The notes under the pieces are model-generated. The model did not search any database. It had not been told where the DNA came from and saw nothing but the letters and a program-made list of their open reading frames with translations. The position numbers were made by a program, and so were the translations under genes. From Clostridia bacterium (GTDB lineage: Bacteria > Bacillota > Clostridia > Oscillospirales > CAG-382), in NCBI GenBank assembly GCA_017531625.1, contig JAFXKQ010000115.1, forward strand, positions 1 to 57,924: a stretch of 57,924 nucleotides of DNA, read 5' to 3'. Below are positions 26,458 to 35,688 of this stretch, one piece after another (position 1 is the stretch's first letter; every line of letters begins with the position of its first letter).

Positions 26458-29400
26458 CTAAGCGCCTTTAACTGCGAGCTTGAGTCTAAGGTAATCAAAG
26501 GTATTAAGAGTGCCGTTACCGTCAAAGTCCGCAGCCAAATTCTGCAACTCGCCAAGCTCTGAGAAGCCTCTGAGTTTGTTCTTAAGGCTAGCACAGTCGG
26601 TAGAACTTAGAATACTGTCACTATCAATGTCACCAATTACTGCGACAGTCAATTCCTCGGTTCCGTCGAAGGAAGTTACCTTATAACCGGTAGCCATTTT
26701 TTGTGTAAGGCTAAGCACTGTGTCATCTTTGCAGACCCAAACGTCGAAAATAAACTGATCGGAAAAGCTTTCAACGTCGGTGTTTGCAGCGACACGGTAA
26801 ACGGTTGTTTCATTTTCGGAGTAATCGGAATCTTCTGAGAGAACGATGCCGTATTTTGTAACAGCGTTGTATTCGGTAAGAACGGGGTACGTTTCCTTAG
26901 CTGTGTACTGATAGTAGTAGGTGTCACCCGCAGCGGAATTGATGGTGTTTCTGAGCGTGCCGTTGGTGAGCTGAGCGGAGGTAAAGGTTTTATAGGATGC
27001 TGTTGACTGGGAACCGTTAACCTCGTAAGTAGCACCGCTCACTGCAAGCGCATGGTTATTTGACATGTAATCGGCAGAAGCGCCCGTTGAGTTATTGTTG
27101 TAGTAAAGCTGATAAGGTGTAGCGTAATCACCGATGCCAGTAACAGTACCTGCGGAATAGCAATGTTTAAGAACCATTTCCTTACTGTTAACGTATGAAA
27201 CAATTCCGGAAGGTCTATGGGGAACTGTGTTGGAAGTGTTTGTACTGGTTATATTACCGACGTTGTAGCATCTGACAATGCTGTTGCCTGCATTGCCTAA
27301 CATGTAACCTATTATGCCCGCTGCACCCTTCGTGCCGTATGTAGAACCGCAATCAAAGGTGGAAATGTCGCCGGTGTTGCCGCAATCGGAAATGGTGTAA
27401 TTGTAACCGGAAGCGGGTTTTACAGTTGAGATTCTCGCAACGATGCCACCTGCACCGGTAGTGGCTTCAACATCGCCGTGGTTATAGCATTCTCTTATTG
27501 TCAAGGCAGTGATTGTGTCTACGGTTGTAGAATCTTCAGCGGTATAAGTTGCGGAACCGACACCGTAGATACCACCGGCAAAGAAGTTAACGGGAGTGCC
27601 GGAGTAAGCTATTCGGCCATAGTTGGAACAACCTGCGATGGTAACTATACCTGCGCTGTAAGCTATTATTCCCGCGGCACGAGAACCTGAGGAAATAATT
27701 TCACCGTAGTTGTCACAGTTCGTAATGTAACAGATGTGTTTGGTTGTAGCTTGATTCAAACCGAAACGTCCAACAAAACCGGCAGAATTGTTATCGCTGT
27801 TAACTGAACCGTTATTGATACAGCCGTCCAAGTAAAGAGTCGTGCCTTCGATGTAACCGATAAAACCGCCTGATGAACCGTTGCCGGAGATGCTTCCGTT
27901 ATTGATACAGTTTATAGCTATAACAGAAGAACCGTTTATTCCGTAACCGAGCAGTGCTCCTGAACGGTTACCGCCACTGACGTTAGCGTTAACTATTACC
28001 TTTTCAAATCTTGCGTTTCCTGTGGTAGTAATCGCAACAGCGCCGTTGTCAGTATCGGCATTACCAACTACTTCGCCCTTTACATTAAGGTTCCTAACTG
28101 TACCGCTCAAATCGGTAAACAAGGGCACGCTTGTGGTAACGGTATGTCCTCTGCCATCGAGAATGCCTTTGAACTTTTGGGTATAAGTTGTATCTATTGT
28201 GATGTCGTTAGCGAGGTAGTACGATCCGGTTGCTGTCATTGCAGCAAATTCAGATGCATTGTTAATAGCTTGGGATGTACTGTTAATAGTTTTTAAACGC
28301 TTTGCTATAAGAGCATCAAATGCTGTCTGTTGTTCTGCAGTAAGATAACCGATTGTGTAGGTTACGGAAGTGAAGGAATCAGTTATCATGGTAGCTGTGC
28401 TTGTGGGAAGGAAATTGTAAGAACCGGCACGACAGCTTGTGGTTCCGTCCTCAGCTACAACCGTTCCGTCGTCAGTGGAATCGAGATGAACAGCGCAGAA
28501 CGCACTACCGGCGGTTGTAGAAGTCCTAAAATTGATGTAAAGATTGGTGAAACCACTGTTGCCAAAGCCGAAGCTGGAAGAAGTGTTGTTAGCTGAGCCA
28601 TCGGAGGAGTTGTAGTAATCGTAACGTCTGACAGCGACGCCTTCATCGGTATAACCGATACTGCGTGCGGTTCTGTCGATGGGGAGAACAAGCTCGGGAG
28701 CGATGCTGCCTGCTTTGTCGTAAGAGATGATACTAGCGAAGCGGTCTTTGTGGTAAGTAACTTTAGTACCGTCTTCGTTGAGGGTAACGAGGTAAGCTGA
28801 TTTACCGGCAGAAATTACGTCTTTGTTAAGGTAAGCTGCACCGGAAATGATGGGGCAGTAAGCCACAGCACCGGAGGGAACAACAGATTCGCCTTCCGTG
28901 TAAGCCATTTTCATCTGACTGCTGGCCTTAGCGGGATCAAAGGCCTTGCTTGTAGCTTCATCAGTGCTGTTGTAATAGTAGATATAAAAATCAGAAAGAT
29001 CAACGGGAACGCCGGAAACGTTGATTATTTCAATTCCTTCGTAAAGGTCGCTGCCAGGGCCGTTTTTTATAGCTTCGGTAATGTAGAGAGGAGTACCGAA
29101 GAAAAGCGTAACTCTCTCAACGGGACTGTATTCACCGCCAAGCTTGGAACAGAATTTGATAACTGCATCCTCTGTCACGGTAATAACGCCGGGATAAAGC
29201 TTTCTCGTAAGAGAGGTGCGAGGGTCTGTGTTATCATCTGTGTAATAAATTTCGCCGGTGCCGGAAAGTGTAACATTCTGAGTACCGCTGTAAATGCCCG
29301 TGGAATGTGAGCATTGCGGAGCAAATGTATCTGCAACCTTGTACACCCCGATAACGGGAATGTGGTCTGAAACAGCTCTAATTTCTCTCGATTGTTTACA

Positions 29401-31110
29401 AACGGTGTAGGAAATGGGAGTTAGATTTTCTGAAGTGTAGAAAAGGTGATCAATGGGTGCATTGGGCGCTTTGTACGCATCAGGATTATTTATGTCAGAC
29501 ATGGTGTACTCGTATTTAACGAAATCGCTGTTGGCGTAGATGGTATCCTCAAATCTTGTGCTCAGCAATTTATATGATTGGTCATTGAGACGCATGTTGA
29601 AGTCGCCCGTGAATACTGTAGGAATGATTCCGAATACAGCGTAAACCTTATCCATTATTTCAAAGGCTTGATTTGCGTTTCCGATGCGGTCTTCCACGGC
29701 GTCTGCTGAGGTATAACTGTCCGCATAAGAGTCTAATCTCAAAGCAAAGTGGGTGTTGAGAGCGAGAACATATCCACCGGTCTGCTTGTCTTTTAGAACC
29801 GCCCAACTAAGTCCCTTTGTTCCTTCGTACGACGCTTTTTGTGAAGCTGTCATACCTATAACATTGTAGCTGTCATTGAAGAGAAGAGCACCGTGCGCTA
29901 TGTTGTTGTTGGATGCAGCGTTTTCAACCAGTGTAAAGCGTGTAGTGCTGTAAAGAATCGGAACCATCGTTGTAACGTTAGCGACAGTTGTGTCGGTCCT
30001 GTAGTCATCAACAACTGCATACCCTGCATCTGCGGCGATGACGCTTGTTATGGTAGTACGGTTTGTAGAGGAACGCTCTTGGAATCCTACAATGTCAGGA
30101 CGGAATCCGGAAACGACATTATACATGTGAGTAGCTCTCGTCATACCATCTCCGAAAACATCCAGAGTTTGATCACTGAAGAGGCTGTTTAAGCTCATTA
30201 CTTTGAGCTGCGTGCCGTAGTCTTCGGAAACAGGAAGCTTGTAAGTAATATCTTCCTTGGTTATGTTAGCAGGCGCTTTACCTGTGCCGACATATACCAT
30301 AAAGTCATCAATGTACGCTTTAGTGCCTCTGGAGGTCTTAAGTGCTATGGCTTGAGCGTAGGCGAGCGAAGAAGAGAAAAGCTCTTTGTTCTGTACGGTA
30401 GTGGACATTTTAACATCATTGATGTAGACCGTGGAACCGCCGTCAAGGTCAACGGCGATTCTTATTGTAACATCTTTTCCAACCATGGGATAACCTGTGT
30501 TAGAGGAAGCGTTAGCAGAAGCAGATTGCACGCCGAATAGCTTGTAGGAGACAGAGCTTGTGCCGGTAGATTTGAGATAGTATCCACTGGAAGAACTTTC
30601 ATAATCGTACCAGTTGCCTGAGCATCTAACTTGATTATTGCCGTATCCGCCAATACGCAGATGAACAGAGTTGTAGCTCTTATAGCCGTTGTAATTGTGA
30701 ATAACAGCGTTGTATCTCGTGTAAGAGTCAGCTTCTACATATTTAAGTTTGTAAGTAATTGTGTAGTCACTTTTACTCACTTCACTCATTGCAGTATTGT
30801 CAAGAATCGTAACGTAGGAATCTCCCGTTGCCCCTCCTGCAATCGAATCACATAATAATTTACCGTCGCTTATTGAGTAATTTACTTTGTTGGTTCGGAG
30901 TTCATTAGAAACCGTCCAACCTAATGTAGACAAAACAGAGGATTTATTGGTATTATTAGCGTAATTAAAATCCTCGTAGTAGATCACCGTTCCGTCTTCA
31001 AGCTTAGGTGCGGCTGTAACGGTTAGCTCTATCGCTCTTGCAGGAAAAATTCCCAAAACCAAAACCACGGAAAGCAAGAGTGCTAAAACTTGTTTACGAT
31101 TCGTTTTCAT
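26458..31110 (-). CDS. Giant secreted multidomain protein: LamG-like + EEP nuclease/phosphatase + lamin-tail domain + GLUG-type repeats + type-I dockerin
   Basis: Start is moved to MKTNRKQVLALLL (signal peptide ...PARA; RBS AAAGGTGGG). The EEP domain is about 29341-30210 (IVGFQE ... SDHIPV). The LTD-like segment is about 28735-29088. Repeated GG[FI][IV]G[YR]/AG[FI][IV] units are about 27130-28182. The dockerin is about 26470-26643 (DIDSDSILSSTD ... DFDGNGTLNTFD). Confidence 0.85.
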   Translation of the reverse strand: MKTNRKQVLALLLSVVLVLGIFPARAIELTVTAAPKLEDGTVIYYEDFNYANNTNKSSVLSTLGWTVSNELRTNKVNYSISDGKLLCDSIAGGATGDSYVTILDNTAMSEVSKSDYTITYKLKYVEADSYTRYNAVIHNYNGYKSYNSVHLRIGGYGNNQVRCSGNWYDYESSSSGYYLKSTGTSSVSYKLFGVQSASANASSNTGYPMVGKDVTIRIAVDLDGGSTVYINDVKMSTTVQNKELFSSSLAYAQAIALKTSRGTKAYIDDFMVYVGTGKAPANITKEDITYKLPVSEDYGTQLKVMSLNSLFSDQTLDVFGDGMTRATHMYNVVSGFRPDIVGFQERSSTNRTTITSVIAADAGYAVVDDYRTDTTVANVTTMVPILYSTTRFTLVENAASNNNIAHGALLFNDSYNVIGMTASQKASYEGTKGLSWAVLKDKQTGGYVLALNTHFALRLDSYADSYTSADAVEDRIGNANQAFEIMDKVYAVFGIIPTVFTGDFNMRLNDQSYKLLSTRFEDTIYANSDFVKYEYTMSDINNPDAYKAPNAPIDHLFYTSENLTPISYTVCKQSREIRAVSDHIPVIGVYKVADTFAPQCSHSTGIYSGTQNVTLSGTGEIYYTDDNTDPRTSLTRKLYPGVITVTEDAVIKFCSKLGGEYSPVERVTLFFGTPLYITEAIKNGPGSDLYEGIEIINVSGVPVDLSDFYIYYYNSTDEATSKAFDPAKASSQMKMAYTEGESVVPSGAVAYCPIISGAAYLNKDVISAGKSAYLVTLNEDGTKVTYHKDRFASIISYDKAGSIAPELVLPIDRTARSIGYTDEGVAVRRYDYYNSSDGSANNTSSSFGFGNSGFTNLYINFRTSTTAGSAFCAVHLDSTDDGTVVAEDGTTSCRAGSYNFLPTSTATMITDSFTSVTYTIGYLTAEQQTAFDALIAKRLKTINSTSQAINNASEFAAMTATGSYYLANDITIDTTYTQKFKGILDGRGHTVTTSVPLFTDLSGTVRNLNVKGEVVGNADTDNGAVAITTTGNARFEKVIVNANVSGGNRSGALLGYGINGSSVIAINCINNGSISGNGSSGGFIGYIEGTTLYLDGCINNGSVNSDNNSAGFVGRFGLNQATTKHICYITNCDNYGEIISSGSRAAGIIAYSAGIVTIAGCSNYGRIAYSGTPVNFFAGGIYGVGSATYTAEDSTTVDTITALTIRECYNHGDVEATTGAGGIVARISTVKPASGYNYTISDCGNTGDISTFDCGSTYGTKGAAGIIGYMLGNAGNSIVRCYNVGNITSTNTSNTVPHRPSGIVSYVNSKEMVLKHCYSAGTVTGIGDYATPYQLYYNNNSTGASADYMSNNHALAVSGATYEVNGSQSTASYKTFTSAQLTNGTLRNTINSAAGDTYYYQYTAKETYPVLTEYNAVTKYGIVLSEDSDYSENETTVYRVAANTDVESFSDQFIFDVWVCKDDTVLSLTQKMATGYKVTSFDGTEELTVAVIGDIDSDSILSSTDCASLKNKLRGFSELGELQNLAADFDGNGTLNTFDYLRLKLAVKGA

Positions 31111-31286
31111 ACTTTCCCACCTTTCATAACACATATATGTCTATTATAACTTGAATTCTTGAATGTTTCAATACTTTTTTTTTGCTCATTTTACAAGTTT
31201 TACATTTAAAAATCAAAAAAATATATAGTTTGTCAAGTTTTTATTTGAAAACAGCGGTTACAAAAACCTTTTTTTAAAAACTATAC

Positions 31287-31315
31287 TTGATTGACTCATA
31301 AAAGTATGCTATACT
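31287..31315 (+). promoter_or_regulatory. Sigma-A type promoter candidate
   Basis: TTGATT, 17-nt spacer, TATACT, about 75 nt upstream of the 31391 ATG. Confidence 0.45.
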
Positions 31316-31390
31316 GCTAATAAGTAATTGTCAGATAACGCAATCGCTTTGCTTTTGCGGATAAAAATTTATTATTTAAGGAGTTACACC

Positions 31391-31627
31391 ATGGACATCT
31401 TGAAGAAAATTTTTCCGTTCTCTTTCAAGGCTAAGGAGCTTGTTCCCTTTATCATCACAATTGTCATTTATTTGGTAATCGATCTTGTTTGCGGGTTTGC
31501 AATAGGTCTTCTTTCCCACATTCCTGTTGTTAACATTTTAACGGGCATCTTAGGCACACTTCTCGGTCTTTACGGTCTTATCGGTATCGTTCTTTCCATC
31601 CTCGTATTTCTCAAAGTTGTTAAATAA
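31391..31627 (+). CDS. Small two-helix membrane protein
   Basis: 78 aa from MDILKKIFPF, with an AAGGAG RBS and two hydrophobic helices, followed by a strong terminator. Confidence 0.55.
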   Translation: MDILKKIFPFSFKAKELVPFIITIVIYLVIDLVCGFAIGLLSHIPVVNILTGILGTLLGLYGLIGIVLSILVFLKVVK

Positions 31628-31646
31628 TTTTATTTGATTAAAACAA

Positions 31647-31690
31647 AAAGGAAAACTCATTTTATCGAGTTTTCCTTTTTCTTTTTTGTT
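31647..31690. terminator. Rho-independent terminator
   Basis: 12-bp stem AAAGGAAAACTC/GAGTTTTCCTTT with an 8-nt loop and a T-run. Confidence 0.8.
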
Positions 31691-31731
31691 TAAACCGGGT
31701 TTGATAGCTTTCTTAAAACTAAGCTTGTGAG

Positions 31732-32562
31732 CTAAATGCGTTTACGTTTTTTTATTGCCGTAAAGAACGTAATCACAAGGTACACAATGAGGTTTACGAA
31801 AATTACAGCTGTGCTGAGTGGCATATTATCGTAAAGACAGCTTAAAACAAAACCTACAATAAAAGCAAACAGCGAGATCCCTACCGAACAGCAAACAGCG
31901 GTTTTGTACCGCTTTGCAAGCTTCAAAGACGACACCACGGGAAAAACGGTCAGGCTTGAGATTAGCAGCGTACCAATCAGTTTCATGCCGATTACTACGG
32001 TTATCGCTGTGAGCAGTGCCAAAATCAGATTGTAAAGCTCTACCTTTGCTCCGGCAGCTTTTGCAAAATCTTCATCAAAGGTAACAGCAAAGATTTTGTT
32101 ATAAAACAGCGCATAAACTATTATGACAGTAACAGTCATTACGATACAAAGCGGCAGATCACTGTCTTTTATTGCGTAGATACTTCCGAACATGTAATCG
32201 TTAAGATTTTGATTAAAACCGCCCGAAACTCTTGAAATGAAAATACCTAACGCTAAAAATGAACCGGAAACCATTGCAATGGCGGCATCACCGTTAATTT
32301 TGCTGTTCCTGCTGATTCTAAGCAAAAGGAAGGCTACGATGAGCACGCATATAAGAGCAAATTCGAGGGGGGCAAAATTGAACACCATAGCAACAGCAAG
32401 TGTTCCAAAGCTGACGTGGGAAAGTCCGTCGCCGAGCATTGAGTACTTTTTAAGCACCAATTCAACTCCTAAAAGTGCAGTACAGACAGCGATGAGGATT
32501 CCGACTATAAAGGCGTAAACGACAAATTCAAAGGAAAACAGTTCAATAAGTTTGTCAATCAT
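31732..32562 (-). CDS. znuB: Metal (Zn/Mn-type) ABC transporter permease
   Basis: 276 aa of the ABC-3 family type with about 8 TM helices. It overlaps the ATPase gene by 8 nt. Confidence 0.8.
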   Translation of the reverse strand: MIDKLIELFSFEFVVYAFIVGILIAVCTALLGVELVLKKYSMLGDGLSHVSFGTLAVAMVFNFAPLEFALICVLIVAFLLLRISRNSKINGDAAIAMVSGSFLALGIFISRVSGGFNQNLNDYMFGSIYAIKDSDLPLCIVMTVTVIIVYALFYNKIFAVTFDEDFAKAAGAKVELYNLILALLTAITVVIGMKLIGTLLISSLTVFPVVSSLKLAKRYKTAVCCSVGISLFAFIVGFVLSCLYDNMPLSTAVIFVNLIVYLVITFFTAIKKRKRI

Positions 32563-33277
32563 CTTCTTTGCCCTCCTTTTTTGCCTCTATAAATCGGCGG
32601 TAGATTTCACTGTTAACATAGTCATCCGTTGAGCCGAAGAAGGACTTACTGTGATTGAGATGTAAAATTTTGTTGCTGTATTTGACGGCTTCTTCAATGT
32701 CGTGAGAAACCATCATCACGCTTAGTCCGTGGTCTTTGTTCAAGTGCGAGAGAAGCTTGTAAAAATCGGCTGTGGCTATAGGGTCAAGACTTGCTACGGG
32801 TTCATCGAAGATTACAAGCTTTTTTGCTGCACAAAACGCGCGAGCCAAAAGAGTCCGTTGTTGTAGCCCTCCCGAAAGCTCAACAAAGGGTTTATTTTTG
32901 ATTCTTTCTATTTGAAGCATTCGCATACTGTCGTCTGCTCTGCATTTTTGGTCCTTTGTGTAAAAAGGGAAAAGAAAGCTTTTGCCCACGAAGCCCGAGA
33001 GGACAACTTCTTTGACCGAAGCGGGAAAACTTTGATGTTTATTAATTCTTTGAGGTAAGTACCCTATTTCGCCTTTTTTGAGTTCACACATTTGGATCGT
33101 GCCGTTCATAAGCGGAACAAGTCCGAGAACAGCGTTCATCAAAGTTGTTTTGCCCGTGCCGTTTTCTCCAACGATGCACAGAAGATCGCCCTCACAAAGC
33201 TCGAAATTCACGTTTTCAACAACTGCCTTGCCGTCAAATCCTACGGCTATGTTTTCGCATCTGAGTAAAGTTTGCAT
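32555..33277 (-). CDS. znuC: Metal ABC transporter ATP-binding protein
   Basis: 240 aa with Walker A GENGTGKTT, signature LSGGLQQR and Walker B LVIFDEP. Confidence 0.85.
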   Translation of the reverse strand: MQTLLRCENIAVGFDGKAVVENVNFELCEGDLLCIVGENGTGKTTLMNAVLGLVPLMNGTIQMCELKKGEIGYLPQRINKHQSFPASVKEVVLSGFVGKSFLFPFYTKDQKCRADDSMRMLQIERIKNKPFVELSGGLQQRTLLARAFCAAKKLVIFDEPVASLDPIATADFYKLLSHLNKDHGLSVMMVSHDIEEAVKYSNKILHLNHSKSFFGSTDDYVNSEIYRRFIEAKKEGKEDD

Positions 33278-34221
33278 CAGCTCACCGCCTTACGGAGATT
33301 TTCAACGTTTTGACTCATAATGTCCGCATACGTCTTCCCTGCTTCAAAATCGTCTTTGGAAAGATTGTGCACAGAGTGAAGAAGCAGAGCCTCGGCTCCT
33401 GTTTCGTTAATTACCGTGTCTTTTAGACTTGCAGAAGAGAGTTCTTCGTAAAAAACGTAAGTAATTTCATTTTCTTTGATCTTTTTTATTAATTCAGCTA
33501 CCGCAGAAATGCTTTCGTTCTCCTGTTCACCGCAAGAGTTAAAAGGTGCAACATAATCAAAACCGTACTCTTCCGTCAAATAAAGAAATGCGAATTTACC
33601 CGTAAAGTAAAGAGTTTTCCTTTTTGCATTGGCTGAAATTTCCCTCAAACGCAAATCTAAAGTTTCAAGCTTGGAACGGTATGCCACGAAGTTTTCTTTG
33701 TAATACGCCTCGTTTTCGGCATCGAGAGCAACGATCACATTGTAGATGCGTTCAAGCATTTTTATTGCATTAACAGGACTTGTCCAAATGTGAGCATCGT
33801 ATTCGCCATGGCTGTGGTCGTGATAGTGAGAATCGTCAAGGTCATGGTTGTGATGGGCTTTCAGCTCTATTCCGTTTGAGAGTTCTACAATCGTTACCTT
33901 TTCCCAATCAATGCTGTATTTTATTGAAGAAACCCATGGTTCCATGTTATCGCCTGTGTAAAGGAATAGGTCGCATTTATTGATTTTTAGCATGTCGGAA
34001 TTGGTCAGCTCGTAATCGTGGCTTTCGGTTCCGGGCTGTAATAAAAGACTTACTTCCCCTTTGTCGCCGATAATTTGCCGTGCAAAATCGTACTGAGGAA
34101 AAAGAGTTGCAACTACCTTAATACCTTTATCGACTTCCTCTGTTTTCCTATCGCAAGCAGAAGAACAAAACAGGAAAATGAAGGTCAGAAATAAAACTGC
34201 AGCTTTTTTTAAATTAACCAT
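33277..34221 (-). CDS. znuA: Metal ABC transporter substrate-binding lipoprotein with His-rich loop
   Basis: 314 aa with lipobox FCSSAC and a cluster A-I SBP layout. The His/Asp-rich loop HHNHDLDDSHYHDHSHGEYDAH is typical of Zn-specific ZnuA. Confidence 0.8.
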   Translation of the reverse strand: MVNLKKAAVLFLTFIFLFCSSACDRKTEEVDKGIKVVATLFPQYDFARQIIGDKGEVSLLLQPGTESHDYELTNSDMLKINKCDLFLYTGDNMEPWVSSIKYSIDWEKVTIVELSNGIELKAHHNHDLDDSHYHDHSHGEYDAHIWTSPVNAIKMLERIYNVIVALDAENEAYYKENFVAYRSKLETLDLRLREISANAKRKTLYFTGKFAFLYLTEEYGFDYVAPFNSCGEQENESISAVAELIKKIKENEITYVFYEELSSASLKDTVINETGAEALLLHSVHNLSKDDFEAGKTYADIMSQNVENLRKAVS

Positions 34222-34227
34222 TTTGTT

Positions 34228-34632
34228 TCATTTCTCCTTTCTACACTCTTTGCAAATTCCGTAGAAGACGGTTTTTGCGTTATCAAGAACAAATTGGTGA
34301 TCTCTGTCAAAATGATTCTTTATCCCGTTAAGCATTTCACACTTTACGTGTAAAACTGTATTACATTCAGCACAAACAAAATGGTAACAGTTGTCTTCGC
34401 AATCGTTGCAGATTTGATAGCATGCGCTTTTGCCTTTGCCCAAAATGTACTTTCTTATTTCTCCGTTTTCTACAAACTGCTCTAATCTGCGGTAAACCGT
34501 CGCTCTGGAGATTCCTTTTTCCCTCAAAGCGAAGCAGATGTCATCTGCTGTGAAATGGTTTAATGGATTTTCTTTAAAAAAGTTTAAGATTATCTCAGAC
34601 TGTTTTGTAGTGTATTTTGAAACTCTATGCAT
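34228..34632 (-). CDS. zur: Fur-family transcriptional regulator, likely Zur
   Basis: 134 aa with a winged-helix N-terminus and two CxxC pairs (CAEC, CKEC). It is the first gene of the metal uptake operon. Confidence 0.75.
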   Translation of the reverse strand: MHRVSKYTTKQSEIILNFFKENPLNHFTADDICFALREKGISRATVYRRLEQFVENGEIRKYILGKGKSACYQICNDCEDNCYHFVCAECNTVLHVKCEMLNGIKNHFDRDHQFVLDNAKTVFYGICKECRKEK

Positions 34633-34678
34633 TTATTCAGTCTCCGGTTAAAATGATACTAAGTCTTAATTTCAAATT

Positions 34679-34707
34679 ATTGTAACACTAAATCTCGTTC
34701 CTGTCAA
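34679..34707 (-). promoter_or_regulatory. Sigma-A type promoter candidate for the zur-znu operon
   Basis: On the minus strand: TTGACA, 17-nt spacer, TACAAT, about 45 nt upstream of the zur ATG. Confidence 0.5.
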
Positions 34708-34780
34708 CCGTATTTGTGTCAGAAAATTAAGTTGAGAAAAATTAATTAACTCAAAAAGTGACTTCAAATTTTACCTTAAT

Positions 34781-34810
34781 GCATTTATGAGCACCAAAGT
34801 GGACAAACTT
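34781..34810 (+). promoter_or_regulatory. Forespore sigma-F/sigma-G-type promoter candidate for sigG
   Basis: GCATT, 15-nt spacer, GGACAAACTT. This fits the remembered sigma-F pattern GYATA-N15-GGnnAnAnTW at all but one position. It lies about 28 nt upstream of the sigG ATG. Confidence 0.5.
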
Positions 34811-34838
34811 ATTTTGTAACCGCTTTAGGGAGGATTTT

Positions 34839-35609
34839 ATGTATAACAAAGTTGAGATTTGCGGTATTAACACGGCAAAGCTTAAAGTGTTGAGCGAGGA
34901 CGAAAAAATGGAGCTTTTGACAAAGTCAAGAGCGGGAGATCAAGAGGCGAGAGACAAGCTTATAATGGGAAATTTGAGACTTGTTCTGAGCGTGTTGCAA
35001 TCATTTTCAAACCGAGGAGAAAATCCCGATGACTTATTCCAGGTAGGAACCGTTGGATTGCTCAAAGCGATTCGGGGATACAATCCTGAGTTTGGTACAA
35101 AGTTTTCTACGTATGCTGTACCTCTGATTGCGGGAGAACTGAAAAGATACTTGCGTGATTCGGGTTCGATACGGGTTTCAAGGTCCTTGCGTGATGTAGC
35201 ATACAAAGCTTTGCAGGCTAAGGAACGGCTTTCCGCAAAGCTTCAACGTGAACCGACAGTCGAGGAGTTGGCAAAGGAAACGGGACTTCCAAGCGATGAA
35301 ATTGTTGCAGCACTTGATGCCATAGTTGAACCTGTTTCTCTTTATGAACCTATTTACTCGGACGGAGGGGATTCTGTTTATGTTCTTGATCAGATAAAGG
35401 ACACGAAAAACACGGACGAGAATTGGACAACCAGCATAGCAATTTCTGAAGCCATTGAAAAGCTAAACAAACGTGAACAAAAAATTCTTGCGTTGAGGTT
35501 CTTTAAAGGCAGGACGCAAACGGAGGTTGCTTCGGAAATCGGCATTTCGCAAGCGCAAGTCAGCAGAATAGAAAAAGGAGCACTTGATAAAATAAGGCGC
35601 AGATTGTGA
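34839..35609 (+). CDS. sigG: Sporulation sigma factor SigG
   Basis: 256 aa. The N-terminal NKVEICGINTAKLKVL is a SigG hallmark. GNLRLVLSV, DDLFQVG, FSTYAVPLIAGELKRYLRD and the region 4 HTH QTEVASEIGISQAQVSRIEK are present. Confidence 0.85.
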   Translation: MYNKVEICGINTAKLKVLSEDEKMELLTKSRAGDQEARDKLIMGNLRLVLSVLQSFSNRGENPDDLFQVGTVGLLKAIRGYNPEFGTKFSTYAVPLIAGELKRYLRDSGSIRVSRSLRDVAYKALQAKERLSAKLQREPTVEELAKETGLPSDEIVAALDAIVEPVSLYEPIYSDGGDSVYVLDQIKDTKNTDENWTTSIAISEAIEKLNKREQKILALRFFKGRTQTEVASEIGISQAQVSRIEKGALDKIRRRL

Positions 35610-35652
35610 TTTTTGTAAAAACAAAGTGCTTCTTTCAAATTAATCCAAACTG

Positions 35653-35686
35653 AAAAAACGGTAACCCGAAAGTTACCGTTTTTTTG
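35653..35686. terminator. Bidirectional Rho-independent terminator
   Basis: AAAAAACGGTAAC, CCGAAA, GTTACCGTTTTTT. Confidence 0.85.
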
Positions 35687-35688
35687 CT

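Noticed and set aside
27130..28182. Repeat region in the giant dockerin gene as a possible variable or mobile cassette
   Set aside because: The repeats are divergent at the DNA level and are GLUG-type protein repeats. I saw no template repeat, reverse transcriptase or recombinase nearby that would indicate a diversity-generating system.
31328..31390. Longer 99-aa form of the small membrane protein
   Set aside because: The upstream start has no RBS and overlaps the promoter-like region. The ATG at 31391 has an AAGGAG RBS at the right spacing.
34633..34838. Zur/Fur box in the zur-znu promoter region
   Set aside because: The best candidate (AAATGATACTAAGTCTTAATTT) is palindromic at only about 5 of 11 positions. 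It does not resemble the Firmicute Zur box (AAATCGTAAT-N-ATTACGATTT) that I remember, so I cannot support a call without a PWM scan.
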